Of a stretch of 64,000 bases of DNA, positions 20,228-30,258 are shown in pieces. The position numbers and the translations under genes are program-made. The notes beneath the pieces are model-generated. The model searched no databases. It saw only the letters and a program-made list of their open reading frames with translations, and was not told the DNA's origin. Source of the stretch: a virus (lineage: Duplodnaviria > Caudoviricetes); IMG/VR virus record IMGVR_UViG_3300031555_004349, positions 32,001 to 96,000 of that record. The stretch is one strand, 5' to 3'. Within the stretch, counting starts at the first letter, position 1. Each line of letters starts with the position of its first letter.

Positions 20228-22079
20228 TTGGCGCTTTCATAACTGCATTATGGTTACAAAAATCTTCATTAACAATTAACATTCCACATGCGTGTAAACC
20301 TCTACGACATATTGTTCCTTCTACTTTTTGAGCAACTTCCCAAATGTCAGGATATTGGTTCATTGCGCTAATAAATTGTGGAATGGGATTAAATTCCTTT
20401 TCTTCATCTCCATAATAACATTGATTTAAAGTTCTAACTTTACCTCTATCAATTGGTACTAAAGATGAGATATATAAACCTAAATCACTGTCGTAACCTA
20501 ATCCTCTTGCCGCAGTTTGTAATGCCGCTTTTGAAGTTTCTGTTCCAAAAGTTGCTATATTATAAACCTCTCCTCCAATACTTTCAAAATATTGTTTAAG
20601 TGCAGCTGTAACTCTTGGTCTTTTAGAAGCTTGGAAGTCTGTATCAACATCAGGAAGTTCAGGTCTATCTCTATGAATAAAACGCCAATACATATTTTCA
20701 ATTCCATATTTAATTGGGTCCATTTGAGTAATTCCTAATAAATAATTACTTACAAATCCTCCCGCAGAACCTCTTGAAACACCAACTAAACTGTCACCTT
20801 CGTTCCACATAATATCTACAACTTTTGCCATTGTGTTAAAATATGCCGAAAGGTCATTTCCAATTTTTTGAGTGATTTCCCAAATTTCAGCTACTTCTTT
20901 TTCAATTTGGTCTATATATTGTTCCCACTTATCTTTGCTTATTTTTTGTTCCAATCCTGCAAAAATACCGTTAATATAATACTTATCTTGCTCACTCTCC
21001 GAACTTAAAAATTTATTAATATATTCTTTTGTTTTTGCATAATTATATATTTCTGAACTATAACTAAATTCTTTTTCTAATTTAATTTTTGGAACTATTT
21101 CTTTATGATATAAACTATATTCTTCAATTAAAGAAGCTACATGATTTGTATTATCCAACATCCACTGTATATCTTCTTCTTTTATATTTGTCATATAACC
21201 TTTTATGTCATCTTCACTTTGTAAATAAGTTCCTGAATAAAACGCATCTGTTTCTCTATCTCCTTCACCAGCATTTAAATATGCTTTATGTAAAGGTCTA
21301 TCTTCTCTTCTTAAATAATGTGCGTCAGTTGTAATAATTGCTCTAATACCTCTCGCTTTTGCATAAGCAAGTGCGCAAGCATTATAAATATTTTGGTCAT
21401 CACTTTCAGATGATTGCAACTCAATAAAGAAATTTTCTTTCCCAAATTGTTTTTGACACCATTGAACAAAATTATCTATTCTGTCTCTAATTTCTTTTGA
21501 TTGTTTTTTATCTAAATATTCTCTAATCAAATTGGCAAATTCTGAACCTAAACAAGCTGTGCTACCAATAACATGTCCTGGATTACTACCAATTATTTCT
21601 TCTATATCTTTATAGTAAGTTGGAACTCTTTCTATAAATTGTCTAAATGAGTGAGACCACGCGCGAGAACTTAACTCTCTCAATTGTTTATGTCCTTCTT
21701 CATCTTTTGCTAACAAAATAAAGTGATAATATTTATCTTGTCCTTTTACATAATTGGCTTTAGTTAAATTATTTCTAGTTAAATAAATTTCATTTCCTAA
21801 AACTAATTTAAAATTATTCCAATAGTTCAATTCATTTTCAAGAAGTTTCCTCTTATCTTCATTTTCTTCTTTCTCATATTTATCCTTATATTTTTGGCGT
21901 AAACCATTAATATGCTGAATAGCCTTAATATGACCACTTAAACTTTCGTGGTCAGTTATGGCTACTCCTGTCATATTTAATTCTCTACATCTTTCAAATA
22001 ATAAAGGAAGTTGGTTAATTGAGTCTAACATACGAATATTACTATAATCAGTGTGTGTATGTAAGTTAATATAACTCAT
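20169..22079 (-). CDS. dnaE: DNA polymerase III alpha, N-terminal part (PHP + palm)
   Basis: LHTHTDYS, AITDHE, GNEIY, DAHY PHP motifs; SRGSAGG; PDVDTD; HACG; ends at ...SEYMGRG*. Confidence 0.92.
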   Translation of the reverse strand: MSYINLHTHTDYSNIRMLDSINQLPLLFERCRELNMTGVAITDHESLSGHIKAIQHINGLRQKYKDKYEKEENEDKRKLLENELNYWNNFKLVLGNEIYLTRNNLTKANYVKGQDKYYHFILLAKDEEGHKQLRELSSRAWSHSFRQFIERVPTYYKDIEEIIGSNPGHVIGSTACLGSEFANLIREYLDKKQSKEIRDRIDNFVQWCQKQFGKENFFIELQSSESDDQNIYNACALAYAKARGIRAIITTDAHYLRREDRPLHKAYLNAGEGDRETDAFYSGTYLQSEDDIKGYMTNIKEEDIQWMLDNTNHVASLIEEYSLYHKEIVPKIKLEKEFSYSSEIYNYAKTKEYINKFLSSESEQDKYYINGIFAGLEQKISKDKWEQYIDQIEKEVAEIWEITQKIGNDLSAYFNTMAKVVDIMWNEGDSLVGVSRGSAGGFVSNYLLGITQMDPIKYGIENMYWRFIHRDRPELPDVDTDFQASKRPRVTAALKQYFESIGGEVYNIATFGTETSKAALQTAARGLGYDSDLGLYISSLVPIDRGKVRTLNQCYYGDEEKEFNPIPQFISAMNQYPDIWEVAQKVEGTICRRGLHACGMLIVNEDFCNHNAVMKAPNGTLCSQFELHDSEYMGRG

Positions 22080-22114
22080 TCAAGTTCCTCCTTTTTTCTT
22101 TAATTTATAATATA

Positions 22115-22143
22115 ATTATAACATAAATTGAATTTTATTTCAA
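22115..22143 (-). promoter_or_regulatory. Sigma-A-type promoter upstream of dnaE
   Basis: TTGAAA-N17-TATAAT with extended TG. Confidence 0.7.
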
Positions 22144-22148
22144 GCTTT

Positions 22149-22745
22149 TTATTTTACAACCCTTATTTGAAGCTGTTTTCTACCAAACTTTAATGCTTCA
22201 CTATGGCTATCAAAATATATGTCAAGTTTATTCCCAGTAATCGCGCCTCCACGGTCTTCAACTGTATAAACTCCCATTCCAGCTATTTCTATTTTTGTTC
22301 CAAATTTATATGTACTTGGTGCCGCAATTGTGTGATTTGCTTTAGCTTTCGCGCCAGAAGCTGTTATACCATTTGTTTTACCACAACATTTTACGCACGC
22401 ACAATAAGCGCTAACATTAGCCCAAACCCAACCAGGAGTCGAACTAGCAGTAACGCTTGTTTTAGTAGAACTACTACTACTTTTAGAAGTAGTAGTAGCT
22501 TTTAATTTTTTATTTTCTGTTTCTAATTTTTCAATTTGATTTTTTAATTCTTTTTGTGTTTTTTCCAATTCAATAATTTTATTTTCTTTTTCTTGTATTT
22601 CTGTTTGATAAGTAACTTCTGCATTTACCAATTGTGTATAAGAACCATCAAAGAATATAAGACAAGCTGTTTCTGCTAATATAACCAAAGGTAAAATTAT
22701 AATGAATATATTTTTCCATTTAATTTTTCTTTTATATTTTTTCAT
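22149..22745 (-). CDS. Membrane-anchored 3D-domain (lytic transglycosylase-like) protein
   Basis: N-terminal TM, coiled coil, then SAYC..CCGK..GITASG...VEDRGGAI.GNKLDIY. Confidence 0.85.
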   Translation of the reverse strand: MKKYKRKIKWKNIFIIILPLVILAETACLIFFDGSYTQLVNAEVTYQTEIQEKENKIIELEKTQKELKNQIEKLETENKKLKATTTSKSSSSSTKTSVTASSTPGWVWANVSAYCACVKCCGKTNGITASGAKAKANHTIAAPSTYKFGTKIEIAGMGVYTVEDRGGAITGNKLDIYFDSHSEALKFGRKQLQIRVVK

Positions 22746-22754
22746 ATGTCCCTC

Positions 22755-24470
22755 CTAAAACTCATAAGTCGTATCATGAATTTCATAATTTTCAATAAAA
22801 ATTTGAGGTGTTACATTTCCCATAAATTCATTTAAGTTTGCTCTTCCTAAAATAGTAACATTCATAGTTTGATTTTTAGTTAATTTTTCTAAAAGACTTT
22901 CATCTTTAAATTTAATGTAAGTAATTCCATTAACTGTAAATTTTACTGTATCTTTGTTAGCACCAATTGCTTGAACACTACTTTTTGCTAAATGAAGATT
23001 TTCAATTGCAATTAGTGGTTCTTCCATACCTTGTCCCCATATTTCGTTTAACTCTCCTAAAGTTACAATTATGTCTTGTAAATATGGATTTTCTCCGTCT
23101 ACAATTAAATCTACTTCATACACATTTTCATTAAAGTCTACATCTTTTAATTCTTCATCAGCATAATTTAAGAAGGTTTCTAACTTATTTTTTGGAATTG
23201 ATACACCGTGTGCATTAGCGTGCCCAGTAGCATATTCAAAATATCCACTATCCATAAAAAATTGTCTTAAGTCAGGAATTGGTCCGTGATTAACTCCACG
23301 CGCACTTCCTCTTAAATATCCATCTGAATTTTCTCTTACTACACAAACTGGTTTTTTATATTTTGTAACCAATTGCATAGCTACTAATCCAGTTAAAGTA
23401 TTATCGAATTCGTCATCATCTTCTACTTCAACTATAATTATTTTATGTTGGTCTAATTCTAATTTTTGTATTTTAAAGTCTAAATTTTCATAAACTTTTA
23501 ATTTCATTCTATCTTGTCTATTTTTCGCATTAGTACAAATACGAACTGCTTGACCACAAACTGTTTCTGTATCTCCTGGTTTGTGTCCTCTTTTAGTGCT
23601 TGGTACTATTTCATTAGGTTCTATAAAAGCTCTAAATAAAGTTTCTTTTTCTTCTTGTGTTCCAACTCTGATTAAAGCATTTATTAATGGAACTATATAA
23701 AATGCTATTCCCGTTGGAGTAACTTTATTACCCATAGAATATGCTTGCTTTTCTACCATAGCCATTAAACCTAAATTTGTTATATTATTTATACCAGTAT
23801 TAACAATATATCTTGTTTCTAAATCACAAAGCTCCATCATATCTCCAACCATTCCAATGGCTGTTAAATCTATTAAAGAATTTGCATATTTAGTACCCAA
23901 AATATTATCTAAGCAACAACAAAATTTATATGTTACTCCAGCACCACAAAGCGATTTATTTGGATAGTTTAATGATAATTGATTATTTACTACAATCGCA
24001 TCTTGACTATAACCTAAATCAGATTCGTGGTGGTCTAAAACAACTACATCTATTCCTTTTTCGTGTAAAATTTTATGCTGCTCATAATCGTTGGAACTTG
24101 AGTCCGGTGCTATTACTAGTTGTACATCATCTGGTATTGTATCTACTATTAAACCGTGTTGTTTACCTTCGTGTACGCGCCAAACAATCTCTATGTTTGG
24201 GTTAATTTTTTTAATATATAAATAAATTATTGCTGCAGATGTATATCCATCTGTATCACTATCAATTTGTATAAAGATTTTACTATTATTTTTTATATGT
24301 TTTAATAGACAATTTGCGGCCGTTACTATATTGTCCAATAACATAAAATCATAAAGCTCTTTTTCAGAAGGAGCTAAAAACAAATTTAAATCTTTAATAT
24401 GTCTTTCTTTTAAAAAGTTTTGTAAAAAATTATTGTCTGCTACTAATTCTGTTTTTTGTTTATAAATCAT
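22755..24470 (-). CDS. recJ: RecJ-like ssDNA exonuclease (DHH family)
   Basis: DSDTDG, DHH, GAGV and RGSARG (DHHA1) motifs. Confidence 0.9.
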   Translation of the reverse strand: MIYKQKTELVADNNFLQNFLKERHIKDLNLFLAPSEKELYDFMLLDNIVTAANCLLKHIKNNSKIFIQIDSDTDGYTSAAIIYLYIKKINPNIEIVWRVHEGKQHGLIVDTIPDDVQLVIAPDSSSNDYEQHKILHEKGIDVVVLDHHESDLGYSQDAIVVNNQLSLNYPNKSLCGAGVTYKFCCCLDNILGTKYANSLIDLTAIGMVGDMMELCDLETRYIVNTGINNITNLGLMAMVEKQAYSMGNKVTPTGIAFYIVPLINALIRVGTQEEKETLFRAFIEPNEIVPSTKRGHKPGDTETVCGQAVRICTNAKNRQDRMKLKVYENLDFKIQKLELDQHKIIIVEVEDDDEFDNTLTGLVAMQLVTKYKKPVCVVRENSDGYLRGSARGVNHGPIPDLRQFFMDSGYFEYATGHANAHGVSIPKNKLETFLNYADEELKDVDFNENVYEVDLIVDGENPYLQDIIVTLGELNEIWGQGMEEPLIAIENLHLAKSSVQAIGANKDTVKFTVNGITYIKFKDESLLEKLTKNQTMNVTILGRANLNEFMGNVTPQIFIENYEIHDTTYEF

Positions 24471-25542
24471 TTTCTGCTTTCACCTGTACCTTACTCATCA
24501 TTATTTTTTCAAAAATCTCCTTTCCTCTATCTATTGGCGCATCCTTTATGCTCAATAAACCTTTAAAATCAAATAAGAAATAAAAATTACAATAATTTAT
24601 ATATTTCCTACAAATTTTTTCTAATTTGTAATAATAATCTCTAGCTTCCTGTGAAGCGAAATTATCAAATTCTTTATCGTAAGCTATAATAATATCTTTT
24701 ACTCCTAATTCTTTTACTAACAATTCAACTTGTCTATAATTTAAAGAGCTTCCACAACTTGCAACAGATATATTATAATCATACATTTCTTCAAATTTTA
24801 AAACACTTTTTTCGCCTTCAAAAATTATCGCTGTTTGATATTTTTTAATATCTTCTTTATTTTGATAAAGTCCATATAAATTAAAGGATAATGGATGTCT
24901 ATATAAAATGTTTTCAACTCTCAAAGGCATGTATTTTCCATAAAGCTGTTCTTCTTCAGGCTCAAGAGCTCTTCCCCTTATTCCTATCAATCTTCCATCA
25001 ATATCATAATGAGGTATAACAATTTTGTTTCTATAAATATAATGACTAATTTCAAACTTACTCATTGATTTTTCAGTTATGCCTTCTCGCGCCCACTCTA
25101 CCGTTAAATATGGACAAAATAATTCTAAAACTGTTTTATCATATTCTTGTAAAATAATTTCTTCATTTTCTTTTTTAGAGTCTATATTACTAATGTATTT
25201 TTCCTCAGTGGTGTCGCTAAAAATGTTGTACGCCGCGAGGTCAGCAATTGAATATACGACTTCATAAAAATTATAAGGCTGATGATTAACTTCTTTTACT
25301 CTTTTTATTAAATCAAAGATATCAAAGTTTTCGCTACATTCTGTATAACAATGAAACATATGACTATCTTTATAATAATATAGTTTCATAGAAGCATCTT
25401 GGTCTAATGGATTATGACAGATTGTAGGAAATATAATTGTATTTCCTTTATCTTCATAATTATCTGCGCCCAAATGAGTCATTATACTTATAATATGTTG
25501 TTCTGTTAAACTTTCTCTTAATTCCTGTAAATTAATTTTCAT
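24460..25542 (-). CDS. DNA primase (Zn finger + TOPRIM)
   Basis: TICHN...HCYTEC; IRGRAL; FEGEKS; IAYDKE. Confidence 0.8.
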   Translation of the reverse strand: MKINLQELRESLTEQHIISIMTHLGADNYEDKGNTIIFPTICHNPLDQDASMKLYYYKDSHMFHCYTECSENFDIFDLIKRVKEVNHQPYNFYEVVYSIADLAAYNIFSDTTEEKYISNIDSKKENEEIILQEYDKTVLELFCPYLTVEWAREGITEKSMSKFEISHYIYRNKIVIPHYDIDGRLIGIRGRALEPEEEQLYGKYMPLRVENILYRHPLSFNLYGLYQNKEDIKKYQTAIIFEGEKSVLKFEEMYDYNISVASCGSSLNYRQVELLVKELGVKDIIIAYDKEFDNFASQEARDYYYKLEKICRKYINYCNFYFLFDFKGLLSIKDAPIDRGKEIFEKIMMSKVQVKAENDL

Positions 25543-25543
25543 A

Positions 25544-27178
25544 TTATATTAAATCCGCCAAAGAAACTTTTTTCTCAACTGTTCTTTCTTTTAATTCTTT
25601 AATTTCTTTGCTTTCTTCCTTTCTTTCAGATTGCAATTGTGATTGATTAATTATGCTTCCCATTTCATCACTAAATAAATATTCATTTGTAACTATACTA
25701 ATTTCATTTCCATTTTGGTCAGTTAAAAATAAATCTTCAGTTCTACAAGTTCCTAAATCTACTTTACTCCAAATTCTTACTCTATTATATTTTCCTCTAC
25801 GAACTTTATACAAATCTTGAACCTGTGTTGGTAAATCTTTTCCTAATTTTCTTGCAATTGCATCTACCTGTTCGTGGTCTTCTTGTGTTAAGGGTAAACT
25901 AATTCCACCAACATCTATTTTATCTGCAATAGCTTTTGAACCACGAATTAAATTATAATCTCTTATACCTTTATATTCTTTCCATTTTTCATTCAATTGA
26001 GTACCACTCATCATGAAAATATTAAGTTCATTTGCTAAATCTTTTAATGCTATACTTGTCATCATGAGAATAACATCTTCTCTTAAATTTAAATCTTTAT
26101 ATTCTGCAAGTAAACCTGGACTACTAAAAATATAATCATAAAAAACATATTGAATTCCATATTTTAATACTTCTCTTCTAATTAATGTTTTTATTTGTCC
26201 AATTGATGGGTCTCCAACCCTAACAAAAATAAAATTGTCTTGATAATGTTCAATTATTTTAATTGCATCATAAACGCGCTGTTTTTCCGCAGGTGACTCA
26301 TAATAATTATTTAAAATCTTATCTTCATTTACTCCTGAAATATGAGCTAAAATCATTGTTTGTATTTCTTCTTTTTCCATCTCAGTTGCAAAAAATAATA
26401 TTTTATGTCCTTCTCCTGTTACAACCCATTTATTTTTCTTTGTATCATATCGTTCTGGAAAAGCAATTGTACATGCGTGTCCAACCATCTGTCTAGTTTT
26501 ACCAGTTCCTGAAGCACCACTAATTAAATAATATTTTTTTAATCTAGCGCCTCTAACTAAAGTATTATAAATTTCACCTTGTAAAGGTATACCAATTTCG
26601 GGATTTTGCTGTAAATTTTCAAATAATTTATCTGTTCCAGTTGCAATTAATCCTTCTTCACTATCGTCTTTACAAATATAATCGTATTGTAAATCGTTAA
26701 TACCTTTTAGAAAAGTGTCAAAAATGTCTTGTAAAGTCATTTTGTCTAAATTTTCTTGTTGCTTTTTATCTTTAACAACATCTAATTCATTTTCATTATA
26801 AATTTTTGTTATATCAAAACCATCTTTTTTAAGTGCGCGAAGAGCACTTAATTTTTTTAAACGATTATAATAATAATTAAAACCGTCTAAGTTACTAACT
26901 GCTAAACAATCTTGTAAATATTGAGGTCCTCCCGCACGCTTATAAGTTTCATAACTTCCATCGAATTGTTGAAAGAAGTTATCAATATCTACAACTGAAA
27001 TATTCTCCATTAAATGATTTTCAAATAAATTTGAAATTGCCATATAAATATTTTTAGCCAATGGTAAATCAAAATCATTTTTCGTAATGATATATTTTGT
27101 GTCGGCTAATAAAATAGGAGATTTTAACAAGCAGCCTATTACTTGCATCATTGCATTCTTATCGCTAAGACTTGCCAA
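25544..27178 (-). CDS. Replicative DnaB-like helicase
   Basis: Walker A GASGTGKT; YVFYDYI; TQLN; RGSKAIADKID. Confidence 0.85.
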   Translation of the reverse strand: MASLSDKNAMMQVIGCLLKSPILLADTKYIITKNDFDLPLAKNIYMAISNLFENHLMENISVVDIDNFFQQFDGSYETYKRAGGPQYLQDCLAVSNLDGFNYYYNRLKKLSALRALKKDGFDITKIYNENELDVVKDKKQQENLDKMTLQDIFDTFLKGINDLQYDYICKDDSEEGLIATGTDKLFENLQQNPEIGIPLQGEIYNTLVRGARLKKYYLISGASGTGKTRQMVGHACTIAFPERYDTKKNKWVVTGEGHKILFFATEMEKEEIQTMILAHISGVNEDKILNNYYESPAEKQRVYDAIKIIEHYQDNFIFVRVGDPSIGQIKTLIRREVLKYGIQYVFYDYIFSSPGLLAEYKDLNLREDVILMMTSIALKDLANELNIFMMSGTQLNEKWKEYKGIRDYNLIRGSKAIADKIDVGGISLPLTQEDHEQVDAIARKLGKDLPTQVQDLYKVRRGKYNRVRIWSKVDLGTCRTEDLFLTDQNGNEISIVTNEYLFSDEMGSIINQSQLQSERKEESKEIKELKERTVEKKVSLADLI

Positions 27179-27190
27179 AATATCACACTC

Positions 27191-27691
27191 CTACCATTCA
27201 AATTCTTCTTTGCTATAAGTTTTTACATTAACTTTTGGGCCAGTTACTTCTGGCATTTTAACTTTTCTTGTTTCTTGTTTAACCTCTTGATGATTTTTAT
27301 TGTATTCAATAGCCTCTTTTAATTCTTTTTCCATCTTCTCTTTTCTCTCATAATATTTATTTGCTTCTTCGTAAACCCAAGGAATAATACCTACTCCATT
27401 GTCTGATTTAGTAATACTATTCTTTTTTACTTCATAAAAATATACTAAAGCTTTAGACATACCTTTATAAGTCATTCCCTGTCCAAGAAATTTACTTATA
27501 TAAGCATTGTTTCTAGGCCCTGGTGCTTTTAATTTAAAAATACGGCAGATAATTCCATGTAATTGTTTTCTATCTGCATATAAAACTGCGCACTCTGGAT
27601 GAAAATTTTTTTCATCTATTCTTATTGCTATATCTTTGTCTACTTTATTGCTTTGACTTTTGCAATATTGACATATAACTTCTCTTGCCAT
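27191..27691 (-). CDS. Zn-finger protein upstream of the helicase (possible loader)
   Basis: Start MAREV with GGAGG RBS; CQYC...HPEC; GIIPWVYEEA. Confidence 0.55.
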   Translation of the reverse strand: MAREVICQYCKSQSNKVDKDIAIRIDEKNFHPECAVLYADRKQLHGIICRIFKLKAPGPRNNAYISKFLGQGMTYKGMSKALVYFYEVKKNSITKSDNGVGIIPWVYEEANKYYERKEKMEKELKEAIEYNKNHQEVKQETRKVKMPEVTGPKVNVKTYSKEEFEW

Positions 27692-27722
27692 ATTTCCTCC
27701 ATTTTTTCTTTTATATAATATA

Positions 27723-27751
27723 ATTATAACACACTGCGAATAAAAAGTCAA
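27723..27751 (-). promoter_or_regulatory. Sigma-A-type promoter
   Basis: TTGACT-N17-TATAAT. Confidence 0.7.
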
Positions 27752-27758
27752 ATAAAAT

Positions 27759-27783
27759 AGAGTAAACCTATTCGGTTTACTCT
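27759..27783 (-). terminator. Intrinsic terminator
   Basis: AGAGTAAACC-tattc-GGTTTACTCT with a T-tract on the - strand. Confidence 0.65.
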
Positions 27784-27793
27784 TATACTCCTT

Positions 27794-28792
27794 TTAATTT
27801 AATAAAGCTTTCCACTCATCTAAAACTACTTCAACTAATTCTTGTTGTTCAGGTGTTGTTTCAGATAATTTAGTTGGTTTTCCAAAAGTTTTTAAAAGAA
27901 TTTCGTTTGTTAAAACCGCATTTTTTTCTTTATTTTCGTCCATTAATTTGGTAAATACTTTTTTCGCTTCATTAATTACTTCTGCAAAATCTCTTCCTTG
28001 TTTAGTAAAGAAAGAATTTCCTTTTTCTGTTTCACTAATTTCTGTGCTATCTTCCTTAGCTTGAGCTTCTATTGCACAATAAAGTTCTTCTACTAAATTG
28101 TCATAACTCATTTCTATTTTTGGGTTAAGGAAAGAGAAACGTGAACCAGCTTCAAATCTGTCATTTCCTCTAGTGTAAATATATCTATTTCCGTCCTCAC
28201 TTGATAATCTCAAGTAAGCTATAATATCAACTAATCTATTAACTATTAGTTTAGGTCTATCTGCCAATGTAGGCATAATTTTTTGGAATTCTTGTCCTGA
28301 CTCAGTTTTTATAGTTCTTGTTGTTTCATGAGAAATTATTACTAAACCATAACCTAGCATAGCTATTTGTCTAAGCGCGCCATCAAATTCTTTTTTACAT
28401 AAATCATACCCCTTACCCCAAGGAATATCTCCTAAGGCTTTTGGTACTTCTCCTGTACTTTCATTTATATTTGATGAGCATATATATTTCTCACAATAGT
28501 CCCAAGCTATATCAGCTGTATCAATTGTTATTGTGTTAAACTTCTCTTTTACTTCTGGTTTTTCTAATTGTTTAAGAACTTGCTTAAATTCACTCCATTT
28601 TAAAATAGGTTGAATCATTTTATTATTTAATGCATTGTAACCTGGTTCAAATGCTAATAATAAGTTCTTAGGAAACTGCGCGGCTAGAGTTGTTTTTCCT
28701 ATTTTTGGACTTCCATAAATTAATATATATTTTCCTTTTAAATCTTTATTAATTTTTACTGGTTCTAAATTCATTAAATCAATCATTCTCAA
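27794..28792 (-). CDS. AAA_24 / Sak4-like ATPase (ssDNA annealing)
   Basis: YGSPKIGKTT; TITIDTAD; LVIISH; adjacent to SSB. Confidence 0.75.
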   Translation of the reverse strand: MRMIDLMNLEPVKINKDLKGKYILIYGSPKIGKTTLAAQFPKNLLLAFEPGYNALNNKMIQPILKWSEFKQVLKQLEKPEVKEKFNTITIDTADIAWDYCEKYICSSNINESTGEVPKALGDIPWGKGYDLCKKEFDGALRQIAMLGYGLVIISHETTRTIKTESGQEFQKIMPTLADRPKLIVNRLVDIIAYLRLSSEDGNRYIYTRGNDRFEAGSRFSFLNPKIEMSYDNLVEELYCAIEAQAKEDSTEISETEKGNSFFTKQGRDFAEVINEAKKVFTKLMDENKEKNAVLTNEILLKTFGKPTKLSETTPEQQELVEVVLDEWKALLN

Positions 28793-28826
28793 CTATCCTC
28801 CTCTTACCGTACTCAAAGACTTTGGA

Positions 28827-29705
28827 CTAAAATCCAAAGTCATTTGAAGTTGCAGCTACTTGTGTTTGTGGTTTTGGTTGTTGAGCTTCTTGTTTAACTT
28901 TTTCCATTCTGTCTTTTCTTACTGCTAATGCAGCTTTTATATCTTCATCACTATAAGAGTTTTCTTCGTCTAATCCTTCAGCTGAACCTCTTTCGATTAA
29001 TAATTCTTTAACTCTTCTTGTGTATGTTCTTACTTCATTTTCACCGAAACCTGCTTCAATTTCTTGTTCAACTGTTTCAGCTGTATATCTTAAACGTCCA
29101 CCCATTTGAACAGTATCTCCTTCTTTCCAGTTAGCTTTAATGAAAGTAATTGCAGTTGGTTCTTCAACTATAAATTTAATTACTTCTGTTTTGTCAGCGT
29201 AACCAACTAAAGCAGCTCTAATAATTAATCTTCCAGTATCAACCATTTCACCATCTTGATTTTTTTGTTCATCAATTATTTGTAATAATTTTCCAATTAC
29301 TCTGAATTTAGTTTCTGGTTTGAAATTTGTAGCATTTACTTTTGTAAAGAAATTACTATTGATTTTTGTTGTAGAAATAACTTCTGTACCATTTTGAGGC
29401 ATAAATAAATTTTCATTCATTTTTGCTCCTCTAATTTGTACTCTTGTAGCATTTTCTTCTCCTGCGCTTGCAATACTGTTAAATTCTTTTAATTGTTGTA
29501 ATCTTGCGTAGTTTTGGTTAGGTGTTCCATCTTTCTTTTTATCTGCTGATATAAATCCTACTGGAATTTCACTAACTTCTCCTTTTTCTTCTACTCTTAC
29601 AACTATTTCTCCAGCAACATATTTTTTGTCGCCTTTGTCTATATCTCTAATATTTACTTCTGATACAATACCTGTAATGTCAACTTGATTTAAACTTTCT
29701 TTCAT
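28827..29705 (-). CDS. Single-stranded DNA-binding protein (tandem OB-like)
   Basis: NQVDITG start; acidic-aromatic C-terminal tail (SNDFGF); located in the replication operon. Confidence 0.65.
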   Translation of the reverse strand: MKESLNQVDITGIVSEVNIRDIDKGDKKYVAGEIVVRVEEKGEVSEIPVGFISADKKKDGTPNQNYARLQQLKEFNSIASAGEENATRVQIRGAKMNENLFMPQNGTEVISTTKINSNFFTKVNATNFKPETKFRVIGKLLQIIDEQKNQDGEMVDTGRLIIRAALVGYADKTEVIKFIVEEPTAITFIKANWKEGDTVQMGGRLRYTAETVEQEIEAGFGENEVRTYTRRVKELLIERGSAEGLDEENSYSDEDIKAALAVRKDRMEKVKQEAQQPKPQTQVAATSNDFGF

Positions 29706-29779
29706 TATTTTTCAATCCTCCAAAATACTTTAATAATTTAATTTTAACCTTTAACTATTATTAGAAATAAAGTGCCAAA

Positions 29780-29813
29780 AAGGAACTTGATTAATTTACT
29801 AATCAAATTCCTT
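29780..29813 (-). terminator. Hairpin / possible terminator
   Basis: AAGGAAcTTGATTA...TAATCAAaTTCCTT. Confidence 0.5.
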
Positions 29814-29837
29814 ATTTGGAATTATTTATATTATAAA

Positions 29838-30128
29838 TTATTCTGCTTCTACAACAGCGTCTGGGTCGAAACTATATCCAGCTTCTGTTAAGCTGATTAA
29901 TTTGATTTCTTTTTCAATATCGTTTCCATTTTTGTCTTTTGCTGGAACTACAGCTACTTCTCTCATAGCTAATCCTTTTTTACACATTCCTGTTACAGAA
30001 CCTGTAACTGCTGGAGATGTAACTCCTGCTGCTTCAGCTAATTCAGCTGTTTGCCATTTTTTTCCTTCTGCATAGTGTGCTTTTAATGTTTCTAATACTT
30101 TTCTTGAACCTTCTGTCATTTTTGCCAT
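29838..30128 (-). CDS. Winged-HTH DNA-binding protein
   Basis: TAELAEAAGVTSPAVTGSVTGMCKKGL...ISLTEAG; has its own promoter. Confidence 0.7.
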   Translation of the reverse strand: MAKMTEGSRKVLETLKAHYAEGKKWQTAELAEAAGVTSPAVTGSVTGMCKKGLAMREVAVVPAKDKNGNDIEKEIKLISLTEAGYSFDPDAVVEAE

Positions 30129-30209
30129 TTTAAAAATCCTCCATAAATTTAAATATATTTTTTTTATTTTAACTCCGAGAGTTTTTCTCTCTTCATTTTC
30201 TATAATATA

Positions 30210-30238
30210 ATTATAACATTTTTTTAGAAAAAAATCAA
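30210..30238 (-). promoter_or_regulatory. Sigma-A-type promoter
   Basis: TTGATT-N17-TATAAT. Confidence 0.7.
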
Positions 30239-30258
30239 ATATTTTCTTTCAAAATTTT

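Noticed and set aside
18038-22079. Split intein or intron explaining the two dnaE ORFs
   Set aside because: There is no intervening sequence and no intein terminal motifs; the two halves join by removing a single base.
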